Source of the DNA: an uncultured Dehalococcoidia bacterium
Lineage (GTDB): Bacteria; Chloroflexota; Dehalococcoidia; SZUA-161; SpSt-899
Assembly (NCBI GenBank): GCA_965612975.1
Contig: CBFDTP010000002.1
Coordinates: forward strand, 1 to 41,865
Direction of reading: 5' to 3'
Length of the DNA stretch: 41,865 nt
The position numbers and the translations under genes are program-made. Positions within the stretch are counted from its first letter, which is position 1. Each line of letters starts with the position of its first letter. The notes below the pieces were generated by a model. That model saw only the letters and a program-made list of their open reading frames with translations. It searched no databases and was not told the origin of the DNA. This document shows, piece after piece, positions 35,361-41,865 of this stretch.

Positions 35361-36491
35361 ATGAACCTATCCTTCACTGAAGAACAGGAGATGCTGCGCC
35401 GGATCGCTCGCGATTTCCTCACGGAGAAGTTTCCCAAGAAGCTGGTGAGGGAGCTGGAGGAAAGTGAGCTGGGCTACTCCCCCGAGATATGGAGGGAAAT
35501 GGCCGAGCTTGGCTGGATGGGGCTTCCCTTCCCGGAGGAGTATGGTGGGGCGGGGATGACCTTCCTCGACCTGACGGTGCTGCTGGAGGAAATGGGGCGG
35601 GCGGCCATGCCCGGGCCGTATTTTTCCACGGTTGTCCTCGGCGGATTTTCCCTCCTTGACCTCGGGAGGGAGGAACAGAAGGCCCAGTTCTTGCCAAAGT
35701 TAACGAGTGGCCAGGCCATCTTCACCCTGGCCCTGACTGAGGCCGATGGTCAGTACAGCGCTGCTTCGATTAAGACCAAGGCCGAGCCTTCAGGGAACGG
35801 CTGGGTCATCAGTGGGACGAAGCTCTTCGTCCCTGATGCCCAGGCGGCCGATTACCTCATCCTGGTTGCCCGAACTAAGGATAAGGGAGCCCCTGAGGAG
35901 GGTTTGACCTTCTTCATCACGGAGGCCAAAAGTCCTGGGATCAGCATAACTCCCTTGAGAACCCTGGCCGATAAACTTTGTGAGGTTAATTTCGACCGGG
36001 TGAAGGTGCCCGAGTCAGGTCTTCTCGGGAAGCTTAACGAGGGCTGGGTTGAGGTGAGGAAGATAATCGACCGAGCTGCCGTGGCCAAGTGTTGTGAGAT
36101 GGTAGGTGGGTTAAGCCAGGTTCTCGACATGACGGTGGATTACGCCAAGGAGAGAAAGCAATTTGGTCGGCCCATTGGCAGCTTTCAGATTATCCAGCAC
36201 TACTGTGCGGATATGTTCACCGATCTCGAGGGCCTGAGGCTCAGCACCTACCAGGCTGCCTGGAAAATTAGCGAGGGGCTTCCCTGCGCAGAGGAGATCG
36301 CAGTGGCCAAGGCCTGGGCCGCTCAGGCAGGGGAGCGGGTGATCAGTCTGGCCCACCAGATCCACGGGGCTATTGGGGTGACCATCGAATATGACCTGCA
36401 CTATTATACCCGGAGGCTGAAGGCCGCTCAGCTCAGCTTCAGCGGAGTGGATTATTACCGTGAAGTGGTGGCCCAGGCAATGGGTCTTTAG
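35361..36491 (+). CDS. Acyl-CoA dehydrogenase family protein (paralogue 2)
   Basis: MNLSFTEEQEMLRRIARDF, the middle beta-domain, and C-terminal helices (FGRPIGSFQIIQHYCADM). Confidence 0.85.
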   Translation: MNLSFTEEQEMLRRIARDFLTEKFPKKLVRELEESELGYSPEIWREMAELGWMGLPFPEEYGGAGMTFLDLTVLLEEMGRAAMPGPYFSTVVLGGFSLLDLGREEQKAQFLPKLTSGQAIFTLALTEADGQYSAASIKTKAEPSGNGWVISGTKLFVPDAQAADYLILVARTKDKGAPEEGLTFFITEAKSPGISITPLRTLADKLCEVNFDRVKVPESGLLGKLNEGWVEVRKIIDRAAVAKCCEMVGGLSQVLDMTVDYAKERKQFGRPIGSFQIIQHYCADMFTDLEGLRLSTYQAAWKISEGLPCAEEIAVAKAWAAQAGERVISLAHQIHGAIGVTIEYDLHYYTRRLKAAQLSFSGVDYYREVVAQAMGL

Positions 36492-36505
36492 TTTTTCCTG
36501 ACTGG

Positions 36506-37420
36506 TCAGACGAATGCCCAGGCTACCAGGCCCAGGGACAGGAAGAGGGGCGTGAGCAGAACGACCATCACATTGGCCCCCAGTGAGGGAACAAGATTCT
36601 CTGGCTGGTTATAGTAAGTCAGGGCTCCCCGCATGGCCTTAAGTGCTAGAGGCAGGGTAACCAGTCCGAAGAGGGCCGGCCAAGGCATGACTTGAGCCAG
36701 TACCCCGGCGAGTATAATTCCATAGGCGAGCACATTTACCACGCAGTAAACCAGGGCTGCTCCTCTTCGCCCCAGAATGATCGGCAGATGTCGGCGCCCA
36801 CCGCTGAGGTCAGCCTCCACATCGGGGAACTCATTTAGCAGCAGGAGATTGGCGATCAGCAACCCGGCCATGGTGGTCACCAGGGCGGCCGCCAGGCTGT
36901 AAGTTCCGGATTGGGTGAAGTATGTTCCCAAAACTATAAGGGCAAAGCCTCCGGCCGCCACCTCGCTGACGGCCGGCAGCCTGGTGAGGTAAGGGGTATA
37001 AAGGGCCACTAGGATCACTCCGGTAAGCCCTATGGGCAGGATGGCCCAGCGATAAACGAGCAGGAAGTAGATACCGATGAGGATCACCACCCCGAGGCTG
37101 GCCAGCCCCAGCAAAAGCACTCCTTGGGGTGGCAGTTGCCCGGTGGGAAGTAGTCCACTGCCTCCGCTGAAGGGAGTCCGCTGGGTGCGGAGATCTATCC
37201 CCCGCCGGTAGTCAAAGTAGTCGTTGAGCACATTGACCGCTATGTGGGCGCAGAGAGCCCCGATGAAGGCCAGAGTGAAGTAAAGAGGCCGAAAAGGATG
37301 GCCTTCTAAAAAGGAAACCGCCAGCCCGGCGAAGACGCAAACCGGGGTTAATAGAAGGAACTGAGGCCTGGTTTCAGCCAGCCATATCTTAAACCGCCGT
37401 AGGGCGAGGCTACCCGCCAT
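36506..37420 (-). CDS. UbiA-family aromatic prenyltransferase (MenA-like motif)
   Basis: About 8-9 predicted TM helices and the Asp-rich motif NVLNDYFDYRRGID. Confidence 0.8.
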   Translation of the reverse strand: MAGSLALRRFKIWLAETRPQFLLLTPVCVFAGLAVSFLEGHPFRPLYFTLAFIGALCAHIAVNVLNDYFDYRRGIDLRTQRTPFSGGSGLLPTGQLPPQGVLLLGLASLGVVILIGIYFLLVYRWAILPIGLTGVILVALYTPYLTRLPAVSEVAAGGFALIVLGTYFTQSGTYSLAAALVTTMAGLLIANLLLLNEFPDVEADLSGGRRHLPIILGRRGAALVYCVVNVLAYGIILAGVLAQVMPWPALFGLVTLPLALKAMRGALTYYNQPENLVPSLGANVMVVLLTPLFLSLGLVAWAFV

Positions 37421-38186
37421 GGCATCTCCTTATCCTTACCGGTGTTCCTATCCTGGCCCTAAGCCGCTCGGCAGCGCTGCCATTTTTGACGGCGATCTCC
37501 AGGTTTCCGGTGCTGCCGATCAGGGCCAGGAGCTCTTCTCCTGCCTCGTAGCAAGGGCTCAGTTTCCCGATGCGGTGCCCTTGGATTTCCAGGGAAAGCT
37601 CTCCCTCCAACAACTCCTCCTCGATGTTGGTGATGAGGTTACCGAAGTGATCAATATGAATTACCTGACCCACTATTAGGTCTCCCTTTACCTCAGGGCG
37701 TGGCAGCGGCAGAGTCACCAGGTCGGAGGCTGGTTCCCCGAACTGCTCCAGCGGAACCCCCCGGGAAAGGTGAGCGGCGACCGGAGCGAATATATCCCTT
37801 CCATGGAAGGTAGAGCTCACCGGATGAAGCCAGAATTTGGGGTTGCTGATGGAAAAAGCCTGGTAGCTGGTTGATTCCTCCAGCACCCCGCTCAGCACTC
37901 CGTTGTCCGGAGCGATGAAGTAGGCCTCCCCGGTCTTCAGGATCATCGCCCGGCGTTTACCTCCTACCCCAGGGTCCACTACCACCACGTGTATTGTTTG
38001 GGGAGGAAAGAAGCGGAAGGCGGTTTTGAGCAGAAAAGTGGCCTGAGCGATGTTCTGGGGGGCAATTTCATGACAGAGGTCAACGATTATGACCTGGGGA
38101 TTGATCCTCAGGATCACTCCTTTCATGATGCCCACATAGGGGTCAGCAGTCCCGAAGTCGGTGGTCAGGGTGATAACCCGGCTCAT
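37410..38186 (-). CDS. SAM hydrolase / SAM-dependent halogenase family protein (DUF62, SAM hydroxide adenosyltransferase)
   Basis: ITLTTDFGTADPYVGIMKGVIL, VVVVDPGVG and IAPDNG blocks. Its 3' end overlaps the UbiA gene start by 11 nt. Confidence 0.85.
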   Translation of the reverse strand: MSRVITLTTDFGTADPYVGIMKGVILRINPQVIIVDLCHEIAPQNIAQATFLLKTAFRFFPPQTIHVVVVDPGVGGKRRAMILKTGEAYFIAPDNGVLSGVLEESTSYQAFSISNPKFWLHPVSSTFHGRDIFAPVAAHLSRGVPLEQFGEPASDLVTLPLPRPEVKGDLIVGQVIHIDHFGNLITNIEEELLEGELSLEIQGHRIGKLSPCYEAGEELLALIGSTGNLEIAVKNGSAAERLRARIGTPVRIRRCHGG

Positions 38187-38188
38187 GC

Positions 38189-38410
38189 TCAGGTGCCCAA
38201 TCTGGCGCTAAGGGCGGCCAGGAGAACGAAGATTATCCCCAGGGCAATGGTGGAACGGAACAAAACTCGTTCAATCCCTCTCCTCGTCTGATAGGTAGGC
38301 ATGCCCCACCCTCCGAAGATGCCTCCAGTGGCCCCGCCCCGAGACTGCGTGAGGATGAGGAGCAGCAAGGCTATGGCGATAACTATCTCGGCGATGAACA
38401 TGAACTTCAT
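38189..38410 (-). CDS. secG: Preprotein translocase subunit SecG
   Basis: 73 aa with two TM helices and a Gly-rich loop (LTQSRGGATGGIFGG). It has an ATGA-type overlap with the gatB stop. Confidence 0.85.
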   Translation of the reverse strand: MKFMFIAEIVIAIALLLLILTQSRGGATGGIFGGWGMPTYQTRRGIERVLFRSTIALGIIFVLLAALSARLGT

Positions 38411-39852
38411 TTCAACTTCTCCTTAAGCAGATTTGCGACCAGCTCCGGTTTGGCTCGACCCCTTGTGGCTCGCATCACTTGTCCTATGAGAAATTTGAGT
38501 GCCTGCTCTTTGCCCTTCTTATAATCGGCCACGGCTTTGGAATTTTCTTGGAGCACCTTCTCTACCACCGGCAGGAGTTCGGAGGACTCACTGATCTGGG
38601 TCAACCCCTGTTCAGCCACCACTTCGGAAGCCGATTTGCCGGTGTGGAACATCTCCTCGAGCACCTTCTTGGCCAGCGTGGTGCTGAGCACGCCTCGCTC
38701 GATCAGCTCCAGCAGGTCGTTCAAACCCTTTGGGCTAACCTGGGAGTCGGATATCCCCGTGCCGGTGACGTTGAGAAGGTGGAGGAGATCTCCCAATATC
38801 CAGTTGCTGATGGTCTTGGCCCTCTCTTTGGAGGAGAGCCGGACACATTCCTCGAAGAAATCGGCCAGCTCCCGCGAGCTGGTCAGGAGGTTGGCATCGT
38901 AGTTCGGCAAGCCATACTGGGTTATGAAGCGCTCGCACCGGGCATCGGGCAGTTCGGGAAGGCGAGACCTGATCTCCTCGACCAACTCGGAGCTTATTCT
39001 CAGCGGAGGGAGGTCGGGTTCCGGAAAGTAGCGATAATCGTGGGCATACTCCTTGCTCCTTTGAAGAACGGTGATGCCCTTCGCCTCATCCCATCCCCTG
39101 GTCTCCTGTCGGGTGGGAATACCTTTCCGAAGGAGTTCCTCCTGTCTTTCGGCTTCATATTTCAGCGCCTGGTAGACCGCTTTAAAGCTATTGAGGTTTT
39201 TCAGCTCGACCTTGGCGGATGACCTGCCCGTTTCCGTATCATGCACGCTGATGTTGGCATCGCAGCGAAAGCTTCCCTCCTCCATGTTGGCGTTGGATAC
39301 CCCAAGCCAGCGAAGTAGCCGGTGCAGCTTGATGAGGAATTCCCGGGCCTCCTCAGGCGAGTTTATGTCCGGCCGGGTCACGATTTCCAGGAGCGGAACC
39401 CCCGCGCGATTCACGTCCACCAGGCTGTAAGTCTCTCCTGAGGGATCATTGCGGTGCAGGAGCTTGGCCACATCCTCCTCCAGGTGAACTCGGATGATGC
39501 CAATGCGCTTTTTCCTTCCGTCCACCTCTATCTCCAGCCAGCCGTCGTGAGAGAGGGGAGTGTCGTACTGCGAGATCTGATAACCCTTCATCAGGTCAGG
39601 GTAGGGGTAATTCTTGCGGTCGAACTTGGTGAAAGAAGCTATGGTGCAGTTCAGGGCCAGGGCAGTGGCTATGGCATACTCCACCGCCTGTCGGTTAATG
39701 ACCGGGAGCACCCCGGGCATCCCCAGGCAAACTGGGCAGACGTGTGAATTAGGGGGAGAATTGACGTAATCGGCACTACACCGGCAGAACATCTTGCTTC
39801 GGGTGGAGAGCTGGGCATGCACTTCGAGCCCGATGATGGTTTCATAGGCCAT
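38407..39852 (-). CDS. gatB: Asp-tRNA(Asn)/Glu-tRNA(Gln) amidotransferase subunit B
   Basis: YETIIGLEVHAQL....K.FC.C, C.VC.G.PG.LP, and the C-terminal YqeY-like tail, 481 aa. Confidence 0.93.
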   Translation of the reverse strand: MAYETIIGLEVHAQLSTRSKMFCRCSADYVNSPPNSHVCPVCLGMPGVLPVINRQAVEYAIATALALNCTIASFTKFDRKNYPYPDLMKGYQISQYDTPLSHDGWLEIEVDGRKKRIGIIRVHLEEDVAKLLHRNDPSGETYSLVDVNRAGVPLLEIVTRPDINSPEEAREFLIKLHRLLRWLGVSNANMEEGSFRCDANISVHDTETGRSSAKVELKNLNSFKAVYQALKYEAERQEELLRKGIPTRQETRGWDEAKGITVLQRSKEYAHDYRYFPEPDLPPLRISSELVEEIRSRLPELPDARCERFITQYGLPNYDANLLTSSRELADFFEECVRLSSKERAKTISNWILGDLLHLLNVTGTGISDSQVSPKGLNDLLELIERGVLSTTLAKKVLEEMFHTGKSASEVVAEQGLTQISESSELLPVVEKVLQENSKAVADYKKGKEQALKFLIGQVMRATRGRAKPELVANLLKEKLK

Positions 39853-40001
39853 ACCGCTTGCATTTTACCCTCAGGGAGCGGGAAGTGCAACACCTAACAC
39901 TCGCCTTGCTCGTTGCTTGTCTTCGGCAGCTCTATTTTGCTAGAATCTTAAGAGGCAATGAGGCCCTAGGAGCTTAGTTATAGAAGCTCGAGTGCCGGAC
40001 A

Positions 40002-40373
40002 ATGCCAATTTATGAATACCGCTGCGGTGACTGTGGCTGTCGTTTCTCGAAGCTCGTCTTAAGGCCCTCGGGAGCGTCTTCTCTTTCATGTCCCCGGTGC
40101 AACAGCGGAAACATCTCCCGCCTGTTTTCCTCCTTTCGCATGGTCAGAGCTGGCTCTGAGGAGGAAGCCCTGGAGGATGTCTTTTCCGATTCCAAGTTGC
40201 TGGAGGGGTTGGAGAGGAACGATCCCCGGGCCTTGGCCGAATGCGGCCGGAGGATGGCGCGGGTTGCCGGGGAGGACCTCGGCCCCGAATACGAGGAGAT
40301 GCTGAACCGTCTGGAGGCTGGCGAGCCCCCGGAAGAGGTGATGGGCGAGGAGGAAGAGGATGCCGATCTATGA
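40002..40373 (+). CDS. FmdB-family (CxxC_CxxC_SSSS) zinc-ribbon protein with acidic tail
   Basis: MPIYEYRCGDCG...SCPRCNS...R..S, followed by a Glu-rich C-terminus. Confidence 0.8.
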   Translation: MPIYEYRCGDCGCRFSKLVLRPSGASSLSCPRCNSGNISRLFSSFRMVRAGSEEEALEDVFSDSKLLEGLERNDPRALAECGRRMARVAGEDLGPEYEEMLNRLEAGEPPEEVMGEEEEDADL

Positions 40374-40722
40374 GTTCCTCTGCTTGAGCTGTAGGAGGAA
40401 GGCCAGCCTCTTCATCAGGAGCATTTCTGCCTCCTCTGAGGTTAGCTGTCCCTCCTGTGGAAGCAAACAGCTTGAGCGAATCATGTCCCGGTTTGCCTTT
40501 CATAAGTCGCTCAAGAGCATCCACGAGGAATCGGGGGATCCAGAGCACCCCTCTCCGGACTATTATAAGGATCCTCGGAATATCGGCCGATGGGTGGAGA
40601 AGAAGTTCCACGAAATGGGGCAGGAAATGCCCTCCTCGATCCGGGAGATGATCGATGCGGCGCGAGAGGGGGATATGCCGGGCCCGGTAAAGGAGCTTCA
40701 GCCGAATGTCAAGGAGATCTAG
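40360..40722 (+). CDS. FmdB-family zinc-ribbon protein (second tandem paralogue)
   Basis: MPIYEFLCLSC...SCPSCGS...R..S. It overlaps the first copy by 14 nt. Confidence 0.8.
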   Translation: MPIYEFLCLSCRRKASLFIRSISASSEVSCPSCGSKQLERIMSRFAFHKSLKSIHEESGDPEHPSPDYYKDPRNIGRWVEKKFHEMGQEMPSSIREMIDAAREGDMPGPVKELQPNVKEI

Positions 40723-40734
40723 AGCCTGCCGATC

Positions 40735-41799
40735 ATGGACGTAGGCCTGGGGAAGGAAGGTTACGGAATGTGGCGTGTTCTGGACGCTAATTTTAATCGC
40801 CTGGGCGAGGCGCTGCGCGTTCTGGAGGATATTTCCCGCTTCATCTTGGAGGAGAAGGATTTAACCGAAAGGTTTAGGCTCCTGCGCCACGGGCTTACTC
40901 CTCGTGATCCTTTCCTCAAGGCAAAGTTCCTCCATGCTCGGGATTCGGCCGGTGATGTGGGGAGAGGAGCGGAGAGGTCAGAGCGGAGGGATGAGGTGGC
41001 TGTGGCTTTGGCCAATGCTCGCCGGGTTCAGGAATCCCTTCGCGTGATCGAAGAGCTGAGCAAACTCCCTGAGGTATCCCCTCATCTGGATCAAGACAAG
41101 TTCAGCCAGGCCAGGTTCACCTTTTATGAGCTGGAGAAGGAGCTTTTTTCCCGGCTTCAGCGACGGCAAAAGCGCGAGAGGATAAGGGGCCTCTACCTCA
41201 TCCTCGACTGTCAGGCGGCGCGGGGGCGCGACGAGGTCAAGCTGGCCCGGCAGGCAATCCTGGGCGGTGTTAGGCTGATTCAGCTTCGCGACAAGGAGCG
41301 CTCCTCGGCTGAGCTTCTCCCGCTGGCCCGCAAGCTGCAGCAACTCTGTGCTGAGTCCTCTGTCCTTTTCCTGGTGAACGACCGAGTGGATTTGGCCTTG
41401 GGAGCCGAGGCCGATGGAGTCCACCTGGGGCCGGATGATTTTCCGGTCCAAGAGGCCAGAAAGCTCCTTCCCTGGGATAAGCTCATTGGCTGTTCGGTGA
41501 AAACCCTGGCCCAGGCCCGCCGAGCTGCGGAGGAGGGGGCAGACTATGTGAGCGTGGGCTCCATCTATCCCTCGCCCACCAAGCCTCAGGCGAAGGTGGT
41601 TGGTCTGGACCTCCTGCGGCAGACTCGAGGTGAACTCTCCCTTCCCCTGGTAGCCATAGGGGGCATAGGGCCGGAGAGGGTGGCCGAGGTTCTTACGGCT
41701 GGCGCCGATGCGGTGGCGGTGGTCAGCGCCGTGCTGCAGGCCGAGGATGTCACCACAGCGGTTCGAGAGCTGGTACAGAAAATAGAGGAGGCAAGTTGA
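40735..41799 (+). CDS. thiE: Thiamine-phosphate synthase ThiE with a ~140-aa N-terminal extension domain
   Basis: The C-terminal ~210 aa is a canonical ThiE TIM barrel (LYLILD..., IQLRDK, FLVNDRVDLAL...ADGVHLG.DD, GCS, ADY...G.I..S.TK, PLVAIGGI). The N-terminal region starts VLDANFNRLGEALRVLEDISRF. The start is either 40735 or 40768. Confidence 0.88.
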   Translation: MDVGLGKEGYGMWRVLDANFNRLGEALRVLEDISRFILEEKDLTERFRLLRHGLTPRDPFLKAKFLHARDSAGDVGRGAERSERRDEVAVALANARRVQESLRVIEELSKLPEVSPHLDQDKFSQARFTFYELEKELFSRLQRRQKRERIRGLYLILDCQAARGRDEVKLARQAILGGVRLIQLRDKERSSAELLPLARKLQQLCAESSVLFLVNDRVDLALGAEADGVHLGPDDFPVQEARKLLPWDKLIGCSVKTLAQARRAAEEGADYVSVGSIYPSPTKPQAKVVGLDLLRQTRGELSLPLVAIGGIGPERVAEVLTAGADAVAVVSAVLQAEDVTTAVRELVQKIEEAS

Positions 41800-41802
41800 G
41801 GC

Positions 41803-41865
41803 CTGTCTCTTATACACATCTGACGCTGCCGACGAAGGCTTAGGTGTAGATCTCGGTGGTCGCCG
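41803..41865. other. Illumina Nextera P5/i5-side library adapter, reverse complement (technical sequence)
   Basis: Reads CTGTCTCTTATACACATCT + GACGCTGCCGACGA + index AGGCTTAG + GTGTAGATCTCGGTGGTCGCCG. Confidence 0.95.

Noticed and set aside
36492-36512. The palindromic CTGACTGGTCAG between the convergent ACAD and UbiA genes, considered as a bidirectional terminator.
   Set aside because: The 5-bp arms would leave a 2-nt loop, which cannot form a hairpin, and there is no flanking T or A tract.

Overview
The window reads as one complete short-read contig from an uncultivated, moderately GC-rich and probably anaerobic bacterium. Bacterial markers include secG, gatB, tig, and ribosomal proteins S20 and S21. 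The anaerobe inference rests on the many Fe-S, radical-SAM and tungsten-type enzymes. Both ends are Illumina Nextera adapter sequence (1-68 and 41803-41865), so the contig ends are technical, not biological. About 55 densely packed genes lie between the adapters, many with ATGA or TTGA start/stop overlaps and many preceded by near-consensus sigma-70 promoters.

Housekeeping content: a priA 3' fragment, rarA, a GuaB3-type IMPDH homologue, a cbpA-hspR-orf-clpC heat-shock operon ending in tRNA-Asp plus a strong terminator, tig-clpP, rpsT, tmk, rpsU, yqeY, purQ, nadA, secG, gatB and thiE.

Accessory or unusual content:
- The three-gene AmmeMemoRadiSam cassette.
- A zinc-ribbon / tungsten-type aldehyde:ferredoxin oxidoreductase / polyferredoxin operon.
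- An ABC-2 exporter cassette flanked by a duplicated ferredoxin 3' end.
- A PadR-GNAT pair.
- An RCK-gated 2-TM channel with a TVGYKE filter instead of TVGYGD.
- A LutB/LutA-like Fe-S pair where clpX is expected.
- A ~5 kb Rrf2-headed sulfur-trafficking operon (Thi4, NifS/IscS, ThiS-like GG carrier, TtuA-like, LarE-like, MOSC).
- A truncated ThiF/MoeB N-terminal relic.
- An adjacent MoeB / MoaD-like / FdhD / NadA block.
- Tandem acyl-CoA dehydrogenases, a DUF62 SAM hydrolase overlapping a UbiA prenyltransferase, and tandem FmdB zinc-ribbon genes.

I saw no rRNA, CRISPR array, transposase, integrase or phage gene. All homology calls come from motif and family recognition by eye. No database search was run.
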